Shown: positions 56,597 through 64,000 of the stretch, in pieces
How the letters are laid out: each line of letters begins with the position of its first letter
How positions within the stretch are numbered: the stretch's first letter is position 1
DNA from: a virus
IMG/VR virus record: IMGVR_UViG_3300004369_000001
Location: 43,784 to 107,783 of that record
Length of the DNA: 64,000 bases
Reading direction: 5' to 3' (one strand)
Made by a program: the position numbers and the translations under genes
The notes under the pieces: generated by a model
The model's database searches: none
What the model was told of the DNA's origin: nothing
The model's input: only the letters and a program-made list of their open reading frames with translations

Positions 56597-56968
56597 TCAG
56601 AAGCTATACTTCAGACCAGCCTTAGTGCCGTAGCTACGGTCAACACCAGCAACGCCCGAGCCCTTGAAGGACACTTCGCCGTAAGCGGAGAGGGAGTCGG
56701 TCAGACCCACGCCCAGACCAGCCTTGCCAGAGGGCACGGTGTCGGTAGCACCGTTGTCAGGAGCAACGATGGTAGCGCCAGCTTGGACATACCAGGAAGC
56801 AGACTCGCCCAGAGCACCCTCGTAACCCACATGGGTGTCGATGTCAGTGCCACTGTAGTTGCTACCAGTAAAACCAGAGTTAGCTTCCACGTTGACATAG
56901 GGACCTGCGAAAGCAGCGCCAGCAAACAGGGGGGCAGCAGCAGCTGCAGCAATGAAAGATTTGATCAT
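56597..56968 (-). CDS. small outer-membrane beta-barrel protein
   Basis: Signal peptide ending AFA; GPYVNVE..HVGYEG..YGEVSF..KAGLKYSF with terminal Phe; GAGG SD. Confidence 0.85.
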   Translation of the reverse strand: MIKSFIAAAAAAPLFAGAAFAGPYVNVEANSGFTGSNYSGTDIDTHVGYEGALGESASWYVQAGATIVAPDNGATDTVPSGKAGLGVGLTDSLSAYGEVSFKGSGVAGVDRSYGTKAGLKYSF

Positions 56969-56991
56969 TTGAATTTCCTCGTTAAGTTTCT

Positions 56992-57055
56992 TGCGGAATG
57001 GTTACCCGCAGATGGTGGGTCGGATCGACTTCCCGACCGCTTGTGTATTGTAGCA
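56992..57055 (-). promoter_or_regulatory. extended -10 promoter plus two-hairpin 5' leader
   Basis: TGcTACAAT (57047-57055); GGTCGG/CCGACC stem (57018-57038); TGCGG/CCGCA stem (56992-57010). Confidence 0.6.
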
Positions 57056-57114
57056 CAGATCCGAGTAGTTGAGGGATCATCAGTGTTACATAATATATAT
57101 GAAGTTTTACAACT

Positions 57115-58257
57115 TCACATTAAACCCATTTGGAGTTGCCACATACAGGTGATCCCGAAGATCTCTGTATGGTCAGGAGCATAAAAGAAATCTTTGTCAG
57201 AGCACTCAGGAGACTTTCTGTTGCGAGACCAGACGGAATATGCTTTATTGATAACTGCTGGTGAATTCCACCAGCGATCAGCAACTCTCTGACGGGAGTA
57301 AGTGGATACATCAGTCCAAAATGGCGAAGCATATTGCGATCCAAATTGATAATGGAAAGCAAGGGCATCCAAATATGCTTCAACTGCACGGCGGTATGTT
57401 AGATTCGCATTCATCTTTGACACTTCACTACGAGATCCATGCCAGAGATACTGGATGATTCTTTTAGCAAAGAAGTCATAATGAAATAGAGACAGTGCCT
57501 GCAGTGGCTCAAAGAAAAGCAAAGCGTTTCCATTGAGTGCCAGTTTGTCTGAGACAATCATACTTGGGGAGTATGATGGTGTCCAGTTTAGCACCTTTGC
57601 ATCTTCTTGACAATAGGTCAGAGCGATGGTTTCAGATAGGTGCTCCCTCCTATAGAGGAATCCACTACGACAAATACCCAGGTTTGGAAATGGTAGTGTA
57701 AACTTCCATCCATTCTCATGGGCAAGGTGATTGGTATACTGAGGGTCTAAGGCATCAGGATCCAATTCCTCTGTGTAGTATACCACAGAATTAACTGTGG
57801 GGAGCTTGATGGGAATACGAAACTTCTCATCAAACCCAGCACATGATATCACAAAGTCATATGATTCGTAAAGGACTTCGGGACTTCTGACGGGTTGGGA
57901 AATGAAACGGACACCCTTCTCTTCTAGTTTCTCACACAGGAATGGGTTGAGATCCTTTGTGAAGAAGTGAATAGCATCTGAGAAGATGAAGTCATGAGTA
58001 AAGACTTCACCACTCTTACCCCAACCATCAAACTCAATACCATATTTCATCGATGCAAGACCCAGATCACAGAGATCTTTCCTTGTATATCCAAGAGTCT
58101 TCTCAATGAGATCTGGAAATTGTGGCGTTGTAGATTCACCCACAGGTAACTGGGGTATGCTTGGATCGTAATAAACGTCCACTTGAATTCCATAGGCAAG
58201 AAGATTCATCGTCGTGATTAAACCAGACGATCCTCTGCCAATCACAGCGACTTTCAT
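57115..58257 (-). CDS. divergent short flavin-dependent halogenase-like protein
   Basis: GRGSSG, VGESTTP, ASMKYG, GWKFTLP, FFEPLQA. Confidence 0.8.
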   Translation of the reverse strand: MKVAVIGRGSSGLITTMNLLAYGIQVDVYYDPSIPQLPVGESTTPQFPDLIEKTLGYTRKDLCDLGLASMKYGIEFDGWGKSGEVFTHDFIFSDAIHFFTKDLNPFLCEKLEEKGVRFISQPVRSPEVLYESYDFVISCAGFDEKFRIPIKLPTVNSVVYYTEELDPDALDPQYTNHLAHENGWKFTLPFPNLGICRSGFLYRREHLSETIALTYCQEDAKVLNWTPSYSPSMIVSDKLALNGNALLFFEPLQALSLFHYDFFAKRIIQYLWHGSRSEVSKMNANLTYRRAVEAYLDALAFHYQFGSQYASPFWTDVSTYSRQRVADRWWNSPAVINKAYSVWSRNRKSPECSDKDFFYAPDHTEIFGITCMWQLQMGLM

Positions 58258-58637
58258 TCTTCTGCCTGCAAATACTCTCGAATTGCCTGCATGTCTTCCG
58301 TTGCCATCTCGATAGGAGACGGAGGTGCATTCTCCTCTACCTCCTGATCAGTCAACTCCTGACGCTTATCGAGAATCTGATTCTCAACATTCGCCCAGAA
58401 TTCTTCTCCCTTGGGTTTGTAGTCAAGGTTTTTAATTGTAGCAACGTTGCTGCTCCAATACTTCTTCATCTTCTTGAGCATCTTGGCACGACCCTTTGGG
58501 TCATCCTTGTATTGCTCAATGACTCTACGAAGCATTTTTAATTCTTTAGAAGACTTTTCAAGACTCCTCTCTGCCCAATCAGCATGACGCTTTGCCTGGC
58601 TAGTTGGGATAATAGATTCACCGAAACCTTCACTCAT
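58254..58637 (-). CDS. hypothetical protein
   Basis: 127 aa, ATGA-coupled at both ends. Confidence 0.7.
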   Translation of the reverse strand: MSEGFGESIIPTSQAKRHADWAERSLEKSSKELKMLRRVIEQYKDDPKGRAKMLKKMKKYWSSNVATIKNLDYKPKGEEFWANVENQILDKRQELTDQEVEENAPPSPIEMATEDMQAIREYLQAEE

Positions 58638-61600
58638 GATACATCGCTCACTCTTACTTTGAAATGGATATGATTTTTGGGATCTGTCCTACGAAGATAC
58701 CATACCATAGATTGTTTGTTGTGGGACTCTTGATATAATGCATCCCTTACTGGACTCTTGCCAGTGTCCTGATATTTATCTTGATACTCATAGGAGATAC
58801 CAACTTCTTGAGGGATTTTGTATGTTGTGTTAACTCCATATGTGTTTGGTTTGTGGTGCTTCGGATGGAATGGGGAGAAGATGTCATCTGCTACCTGGGA
58901 TGGAGTGCCTTGGTCTGCCCACTTACGTTGTTTCTTTTCGTAATCAATTGGCCATTTAAGATCAAACTCCTGACCCTCCGAGTAACCATAACCGTTATTC
59001 AGGACTTCAAGCAACTCTACTATAGCATAGAAGTTGCTCCTGCGGTATGCCTTACCAAAGGTTGTCAGAGAAGCACCAGTTGAGTATGGATAGAAAGTAA
59101 TACCCACACGAATCTTTGCAGTCCTAGTGAAGTCAATCTTATCCTTTGCATCATCATCGACTAAGTAATAGTCTTGGATGAAGTATCCAGGCTCATAGAA
59201 TTCAAACGTATTGTTTTGACTGATGCCATCATACAAATCATCTAGAATCTCACTGTTGGTTGTGGAGTTTCCATAGCGAGTGGCAGACTCATCCCACCAG
59301 ACAGTTGCATTGTCAGAGAATCTAGCAAGTCTGGCGTAGTTGTAAGGGGTTTCGATGTGATTCTTAGTATTACTTCCAGCAAGGTTGGGGTCTACCTTGT
59401 GTCTACCAGTCTTACCATCCTTAAACAAGTCTGATGTTGTCAACTTATTAAAGTGCTGCCTGACATCTCCAGAGTCAATACCAAATGAGTCTAGGTAAGC
59501 ACCATATCTGCTACCAGTGGTGTAATTCCAACCTCTATTCATCCCATTCATTCTCTGGGACCATGTGAGTTTGGATGCATACTCGTTGTCAGTGTCAACC
59601 AACGCACCATTCTCATACATCTTATACATCTCAGTGAGATTCCAAACAATATCACCACCATTCTTACCATCTTCACCAGTCAATACTGCCAGTTGCATAT
59701 CCATACCTCTGACCTGACCATCTATCGGGAGAGCATCCTTATTACCCAATTGATATGGAATGGGATATGAATCACTATCGCCAGCGGTTGTCATCAACCT
59801 GACGGTTATCGCACCCTCAAACAGTTGAGTCGCCTCATCAAAGATTGACATCTTGGGACTGACCGATCCAGCAAAAGGACCCTGAGTGATACTCACCACC
59901 TCTAATGTAATTGTATCTCCCGTACTAACTGAGAAGTCAGCGATTCCTGGGTGCATCTTGGATCCAATCTCTGGCCATTCTTCCATGACAATCTGTTGGT
60001 CCCAAACCACACTGCCACCGATCGTTAATCTAAACCTAGCAGTAATGCAGTCCCCTGCAATGCCACCAACAACTCCACCCATACTTCTGATGCTGAATTT
60101 GCCACTGGAAATAGCATCAATGGTCTGTGACCTATTCATTTCAAAGGTATATGACCCATTGCATTTACCACATTCGATCTTCATCTCAGTGGCATCAGGA
60201 TCAACACTGAAGACCTCTGGTCCACATTCCGATCTTGTCACTTGAATGTCTTGGAATTGACGATCGAAGAGACGCTGGTCGCATTCAGATTTATTTCTAA
60301 TGGGGACTTTGATTGGTGAGGGAGCAGGATCCCTCCAGACATAGCACTGAATGCCTTCATACTTATATGTTTGACCATGCCAGTTGAGCTCATGCCAAAA
60401 CTTCATGTCATCGAAGTCGTTGTCACCACCAATAAGATCTTCCCAATACTGGAAGTTGTTACCGACCCACTTACTAAACTGTCGGCTACCACCCCTAGAA
60501 GAATCCTTGGGATTCAGTCTGTGGTCTGAGAAGAAGACATAGTTACTCTGAGCAGAGCTAATTCCTGATGCTCTCCACCCATCAGACAATGCACTGAAAG
60601 ATATGACCTGACCTGTGCTGAGACTATTCTGGTTTCCTCCATTAGGAATCAAGAAGAATCCCAACTCATGTCTCTTGTATTGATTCAGGATACTAGCACT
60701 GATCCTAAACTTTTTCATGCCAGTGGACGTTGTTGCTCTAGGCTCAATGATCGCACCCCACACAGGGTTACCCATGGGCTCAGCAATGTATACACCCATA
60801 GCATTCTGATACCCAGCACCACCTCTCTCCAACACAGCCTTGATCTGCAATGCATCGTGGATATCAGTGGGGATATGGTAGTAGTTTTTCTTAGATGCCT
60901 TTGTGGGAGGCTCCTGAAATACCTGAGCGTCGATACTATATTTGTGGTTGTTGTCAGTGCCGCTCGATCCTCTCCAGTAACGGTGGAGTGGGTTTGCTTT
61001 CTCACCCTTCTCCAGGTAAGGAATCATCTTAACACTGTCATCGTATGCGTATCCTAGGATCTCAATGAATCCCATCCCGCCACGATCCATAGTCGCCCTT
61101 TCACCCTGACCAGGACCATCGGGTTGACCTGGGTTGGTGGTGAGGAATGTGTCTTGCCACTCAGAAGAGTAAAACTTATAGACAGGGACTGATCCAGGAG
61201 TTGCTTTCTTATGAAGATAGAAGGCAGGATCGTTGCTAGTCATAACATATCCTGCAGGAGCAGATGCAGAGGTGCCGTAGGAGTGGTCGGATCCAGCACC
61301 AGATCCCTCGGTGACCATCAACGTGATGGTTACATTCTTCTTATCACCATTGAAAGTAAAGTCTTGCTCAGTGCCAACAGAAGGAAGAGTGCCTGTAAAG
61401 TATGCCCACCAATCAGTATCCCATTCACCATCATCATCCCATGGATCGGCTACGATAGTCACCGAGGCACCACCAAAACTAAAGGTCTGTGTCCTCTGAC
61501 TACCATTATTCCAAATTCTATCACCCCCTTCGCCTTCCAATTTAGATCCATCCCAGGATCCATCAGCGTTGGTGGTGCATTGCATTGAATCGTTAATGCC

Positions 61601-62482
61601 GTCGCCATCTGGTTGGAATGACAGCATCGGCACTGATCCACCCTTCTTGTATTCATAGATGGCAACACGCTCAGGGAAGCAGTTTGCAATACAAATCTCT
61701 GTCACGTTACCATTGTATCCCTGAGGATAGAAGGTAAGACAATCTTGAGCAGGGGGTTTCCATGCTCCATCTTTATACGGCTCAAACAAACAGTCGAGAG
61801 TATTCTTAACGCATCTCTCCCATTCAGTGTTTGGTGTATGTCTATCGGGACAATATAATATCTCGCCAGTTACAGTGTGTCTCCAGTTTCCATCACCCAA
61901 ATCTTCAACCTGCCCTTCGGTCTTGAGTCGCTCAACCTCAGCACAGTCATCACCTGCACCGATAGTCGGAGGTGCTGGGACTGGAAAGGGAAACGAAATC
62001 TTCCATGGAAATGGGAAGCAATCATACCCAGAAGTCGGTCCACAATCCTTACAGAAAGGGAGGTCTGGGAAGAAATCGCAAATAAAATTAAGTGGTTCAG
62101 GGTCTAGGGTAGCGGTAGGGACCGTAGGGATGTCCTCTGGATCCACAGAGAGGGGTGCTGAGGGGGGATAGCAACGGTCTACCAGTGCCCTCACAACGCT
62201 CCTAGGATCCAATTCCTCCTCTTGCTCGGGAGGAGTGTATGGGATCGGTTTTACGGGGTTTGGCGAGTCCAGTGCATTGGGTTTGAGAGGTGGCGGCAGG
62301 GGACTATAGCACCTATCACCAGGGAGAGGTGGCGTATTGGGGTCCTGCACGTTACTCCCCTGTGTAGACAGAGGAATAGGCTCATACGGACGAATCGTGA
62401 TTGGGTTTTGAGAATCTAACTGGTTAGGTTGGTTAGAGACTATCTCACCATCACCATAACACCTCTCAGGATAATGACTCAT
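58634..62482 (-). CDS. large virion structural protein (1282 aa; DUF4114-like segment)
   Basis: Pro/Cys-rich N-terminus; LGFFLIPNG...WEDLIGGDNDFDDM; CTAAATA late-like box upstream. Confidence 0.75.
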   Translation of the reverse strand: MSHYPERCYGDGEIVSNQPNQLDSQNPITIRPYEPIPLSTQGSNVQDPNTPPLPGDRCYSPLPPPLKPNALDSPNPVKPIPYTPPEQEEELDPRSVVRALVDRCYPPSAPLSVDPEDIPTVPTATLDPEPLNFICDFFPDLPFCKDCGPTSGYDCFPFPWKISFPFPVPAPPTIGAGDDCAEVERLKTEGQVEDLGDGNWRHTVTGEILYCPDRHTPNTEWERCVKNTLDCLFEPYKDGAWKPPAQDCLTFYPQGYNGNVTEICIANCFPERVAIYEYKKGGSVPMLSFQPDGDGINDSMQCTTNADGSWDGSKLEGEGGDRIWNNGSQRTQTFSFGGASVTIVADPWDDDGEWDTDWWAYFTGTLPSVGTEQDFTFNGDKKNVTITLMVTEGSGAGSDHSYGTSASAPAGYVMTSNDPAFYLHKKATPGSVPVYKFYSSEWQDTFLTTNPGQPDGPGQGERATMDRGGMGFIEILGYAYDDSVKMIPYLEKGEKANPLHRYWRGSSGTDNNHKYSIDAQVFQEPPTKASKKNYYHIPTDIHDALQIKAVLERGGAGYQNAMGVYIAEPMGNPVWGAIIEPRATTSTGMKKFRISASILNQYKRHELGFFLIPNGGNQNSLSTGQVISFSALSDGWRASGISSAQSNYVFFSDHRLNPKDSSRGGSRQFSKWVGNNFQYWEDLIGGDNDFDDMKFWHELNWHGQTYKYEGIQCYVWRDPAPSPIKVPIRNKSECDQRLFDRQFQDIQVTRSECGPEVFSVDPDATEMKIECGKCNGSYTFEMNRSQTIDAISSGKFSIRSMGGVVGGIAGDCITARFRLTIGGSVVWDQQIVMEEWPEIGSKMHPGIADFSVSTGDTITLEVVSITQGPFAGSVSPKMSIFDEATQLFEGAITVRLMTTAGDSDSYPIPYQLGNKDALPIDGQVRGMDMQLAVLTGEDGKNGGDIVWNLTEMYKMYENGALVDTDNEYASKLTWSQRMNGMNRGWNYTTGSRYGAYLDSFGIDSGDVRQHFNKLTTSDLFKDGKTGRHKVDPNLAGSNTKNHIETPYNYARLARFSDNATVWWDESATRYGNSTTNSEILDDLYDGISQNNTFEFYEPGYFIQDYYLVDDDAKDKIDFTRTAKIRVGITFYPYSTGASLTTFGKAYRRSNFYAIVELLEVLNNGYGYSEGQEFDLKWPIDYEKKQRKWADQGTPSQVADDIFSPFHPKHHKPNTYGVNTTYKIPQEVGISYEYQDKYQDTGKSPVRDALYQESHNKQSMVWYLRRTDPKNHIHFKVRVSDVS

Positions 62483-62508
62483 TAGAAGTGGACTTGCCTA
62501 CGAGTTAT

Positions 62509-62694
62509 TTAGTTGCACTCACCCTTCTTGATGAATTTCTTTCGGCAATCCTTGACTTCCTTCATCTCCCCCTTGATCATCTGATATGCGTCTTCAGGTG
62601 AGATCTTCTTTGCCATCTCCATAGCAGTGATCATCTCCACACGAGTGCCGAAATGCTTCAGTGCTTCTTCAAAACAGTTTAGTGATTCGTACAT
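62509..62694 (-). CDS. hypothetical protein
   Basis: 61 aa, FEEALKHFGTRVE..AME. Confidence 0.75.
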   Translation of the reverse strand: MYESLNCFEEALKHFGTRVEMITAMEMAKKISPEDAYQMIKGEMKEVKDCRKKFIKKGECN

Positions 62695-62695
62695 G

Positions 62696-63364
62696 TCATT
62701 TAATGTAATTGTTTTCCTTTAGCCACTGCTTGGTCAGTGGGGTTGGGGGATACTTCTCCCACATGTTACCCGCAGCACACGCTTCAAGCGCCTTCTGGGT
62801 CATCCCAGCGGTCTTTCCTGCCCAGGTTGCCTCTGCCTCCCATGGCACTGCTGACGCTGGATAGGTACGCTCTGCCACTTCACGCCAGAAAGCAGGCACA
62901 TCCTCTTCAGGATGGATGATAGCGATCAAATTATTCTTAATGGTGCCTGCCATGCAGTCTTGTGCAGCGTGCCATCCCTCGTGTCTCATTACTGACATGA
63001 GTGTAGAAGGACGGTTCATGTAATCCTTATTCAGAAAGAAGTTATTACTGACGGTATGATAGACACCACGATGTCCAGGTGGGAAATACTTATTGTCAGC
63101 AAGAAATACTTTGGTGCCAATCTGATTGAGTGACGAGAGCATAAGATTAAACTCTTCAGTCACTGGCATGAATGCATCAACCTTGTTGTAGGTAGATGAC
63201 ACATCCAACATACTAAAGACTTCATCAACACCATCAGTGCATTCCCGCAGGATCATACAACCCATTGCGTCATAGGTATTGTATCCTTTAATCTTTTCCT
63301 CCTTTGCTGACCCCGCCAAAGGTGTCAACATTAGGAGGCTCAATGCGATAATTAGACGTTTCAT
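62696..63364 (-). CDS. secreted HExxH (zincin-like) protein
   Basis: Signal peptide; VMRHEGWHAAQDC; PWEAEA. Confidence 0.75.
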   Translation of the reverse strand: MKRLIIALSLLMLTPLAGSAKEEKIKGYNTYDAMGCMILRECTDGVDEVFSMLDVSSTYNKVDAFMPVTEEFNLMLSSLNQIGTKVFLADNKYFPPGHRGVYHTVSNNFFLNKDYMNRPSTLMSVMRHEGWHAAQDCMAGTIKNNLIAIIHPEEDVPAFWREVAERTYPASAVPWEAEATWAGKTAGMTQKALEACAAGNMWEKYPPTPLTKQWLKENNYIK

Positions 63365-63545
63365 TTAGGTAATCCTTTTCAGTTTGATAGGGATGCTTTT
63401 TACCTGACCAGATCTCATATCCTTCTACGAGATCTGGGATCAACCACTGGTCCACCCGATAGCAATACTTCCAGTTGGCAGGTTGAATACAATTCATCAC
63501 GACAACTTGGAAGAAGGCAGTTAGGTGGATCCAGAAGGATAGCAT
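63288..63545 (-). CDS. hypothetical protein
   Basis: FFQVVVMNCIQPANWKYC..VDQWL; TAATG coupling. Confidence 0.7.
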   Translation of the reverse strand: MLSFWIHLTAFFQVVVMNCIQPANWKYCYRVDQWLIPDLVEGYEIWSGKKHPYQTEKDYLNETSNYRIEPPNVDTFGGVSKGGKD

Positions 63546-63709
63546 TATATGTTTTCCTCTTGTTGATGTTGGTCAAGTATTCTCTGGGCAGCAGATGTGA
63601 TGACATCAATAAAGTCTTGCTCAGTCCAGTCATTAAAGACTCTCTCTACAGGATCATTCTTATCCCAAGTGATAGTGAGTGTTCCATCCTCTTCTTCTTT
63701 AACTTCCAT
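63545..63709 (-). CDS. small hypothetical protein (54 aa; not in track)
   Basis: MEVKEEEDGTLTITWDKNDPVERVFNDWTEQDFIDVI... Confidence 0.65.
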   Translation of the reverse strand: MEVKEEEDGTLTITWDKNDPVERVFNDWTEQDFIDVITSAAQRILDQHQQEENI

Positions 63710-63753
63710 TATTTATCAGTCAGCAAGGTGGTCAGCGCAAGTAAGTATATCAC

Positions 63754-63780
63754 AAAAAAAAAGATCCCGAAGGATCCTTT
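63754..63780 (-). terminator. intrinsic terminator with cUUCGg tetraloop
   Basis: GGATCC-TTCG-GGATCT followed by a long T tract. Confidence 0.9.
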
Positions 63781-63783
63781 ACT

Positions 63784-63894
63784 TTACTTTGGTTTTTTCT
63801 TTTTGTCAACCTCAGAGGGAGGTTTCCAATCCTTAGGTGGGCGATACAAGTTGGGGAAAGTATCTTGGATAATCTCCATCAACTTGTAAGGCAT
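63784..63894 (-). CDS. 36-aa micro-ORF between psbA and its terminator
   Basis: MPYKLMEIIQDTFPNLYRPPKDWKPPSEVDKKKKPK. Confidence 0.5.
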   Translation of the reverse strand: MPYKLMEIIQDTFPNLYRPPKDWKPPSEVDKKKKPK

Positions 63895-63901
63895 TTGCTT
63901 A

Positions 63902-64000
63902 TCAACCAATGGAAGGAGCAGTCAGAGCAACAGGAGTTGCGCTAGCAGCAGCAAGGTCGAGAGGGAAGTTGTGAGCATTACGCTCATGCATTACCTCGAA
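63902..64000 (-). CDS. psbA: photosystem II D1, 3' end (partial)
   Basis: [32 protein letters not shown]. Confidence 0.98.
   Translation of the reverse strand, partial: FEVMHERNAHNFPLDLAAASATPVALTAPSIG

Overview
A 64 kb segment of a T4-like cyanomyovirus (marine Synechococcus/Prochlorococcus phage), coded almost entirely on the minus strand. Reading right to left (the direction of transcription): the psbA 3' end; a 1282-aa virion protein followed by a halogenase; an outer-membrane beta-barrel gene; the nrdC-thyX-phoH-exonuclease-gp33-gp32 block; the baseplate/tail block (gp53 and gp48 on +; gp4, gp2, gp54-like, gp26/gp51, two tape-measure-like proteins, gp27-like, cp12, cpeT-like, gp5); three tRNAs; a lipoprotein lysozyme; a ~20 kb late unit in which tail-fibre genes run directly into two flavin-dependent halogenases and five Fe(II)/2OG or JmjC oxygenases; and an early region of small ORFs punctuated by a repeated promoter cassette. 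The early region also holds an SF2 helicase, a putative nuclease plus DNA methyltransferase pair, and a cluster of cyanobacterial-type DnaA boxes. Most notable: (1) His/Gly-rich fibres apparently co-transcribed with halogenases and oxygenases, a candidate virion-protein modification system; (2) a likely programmed -1 frameshift fusing gp26 to gp51; (3) a putative phage restriction-modification pair; (4) a candidate origin with DnaA boxes. All family assignments come from motif recognition and recalled synteny, not from database searches.
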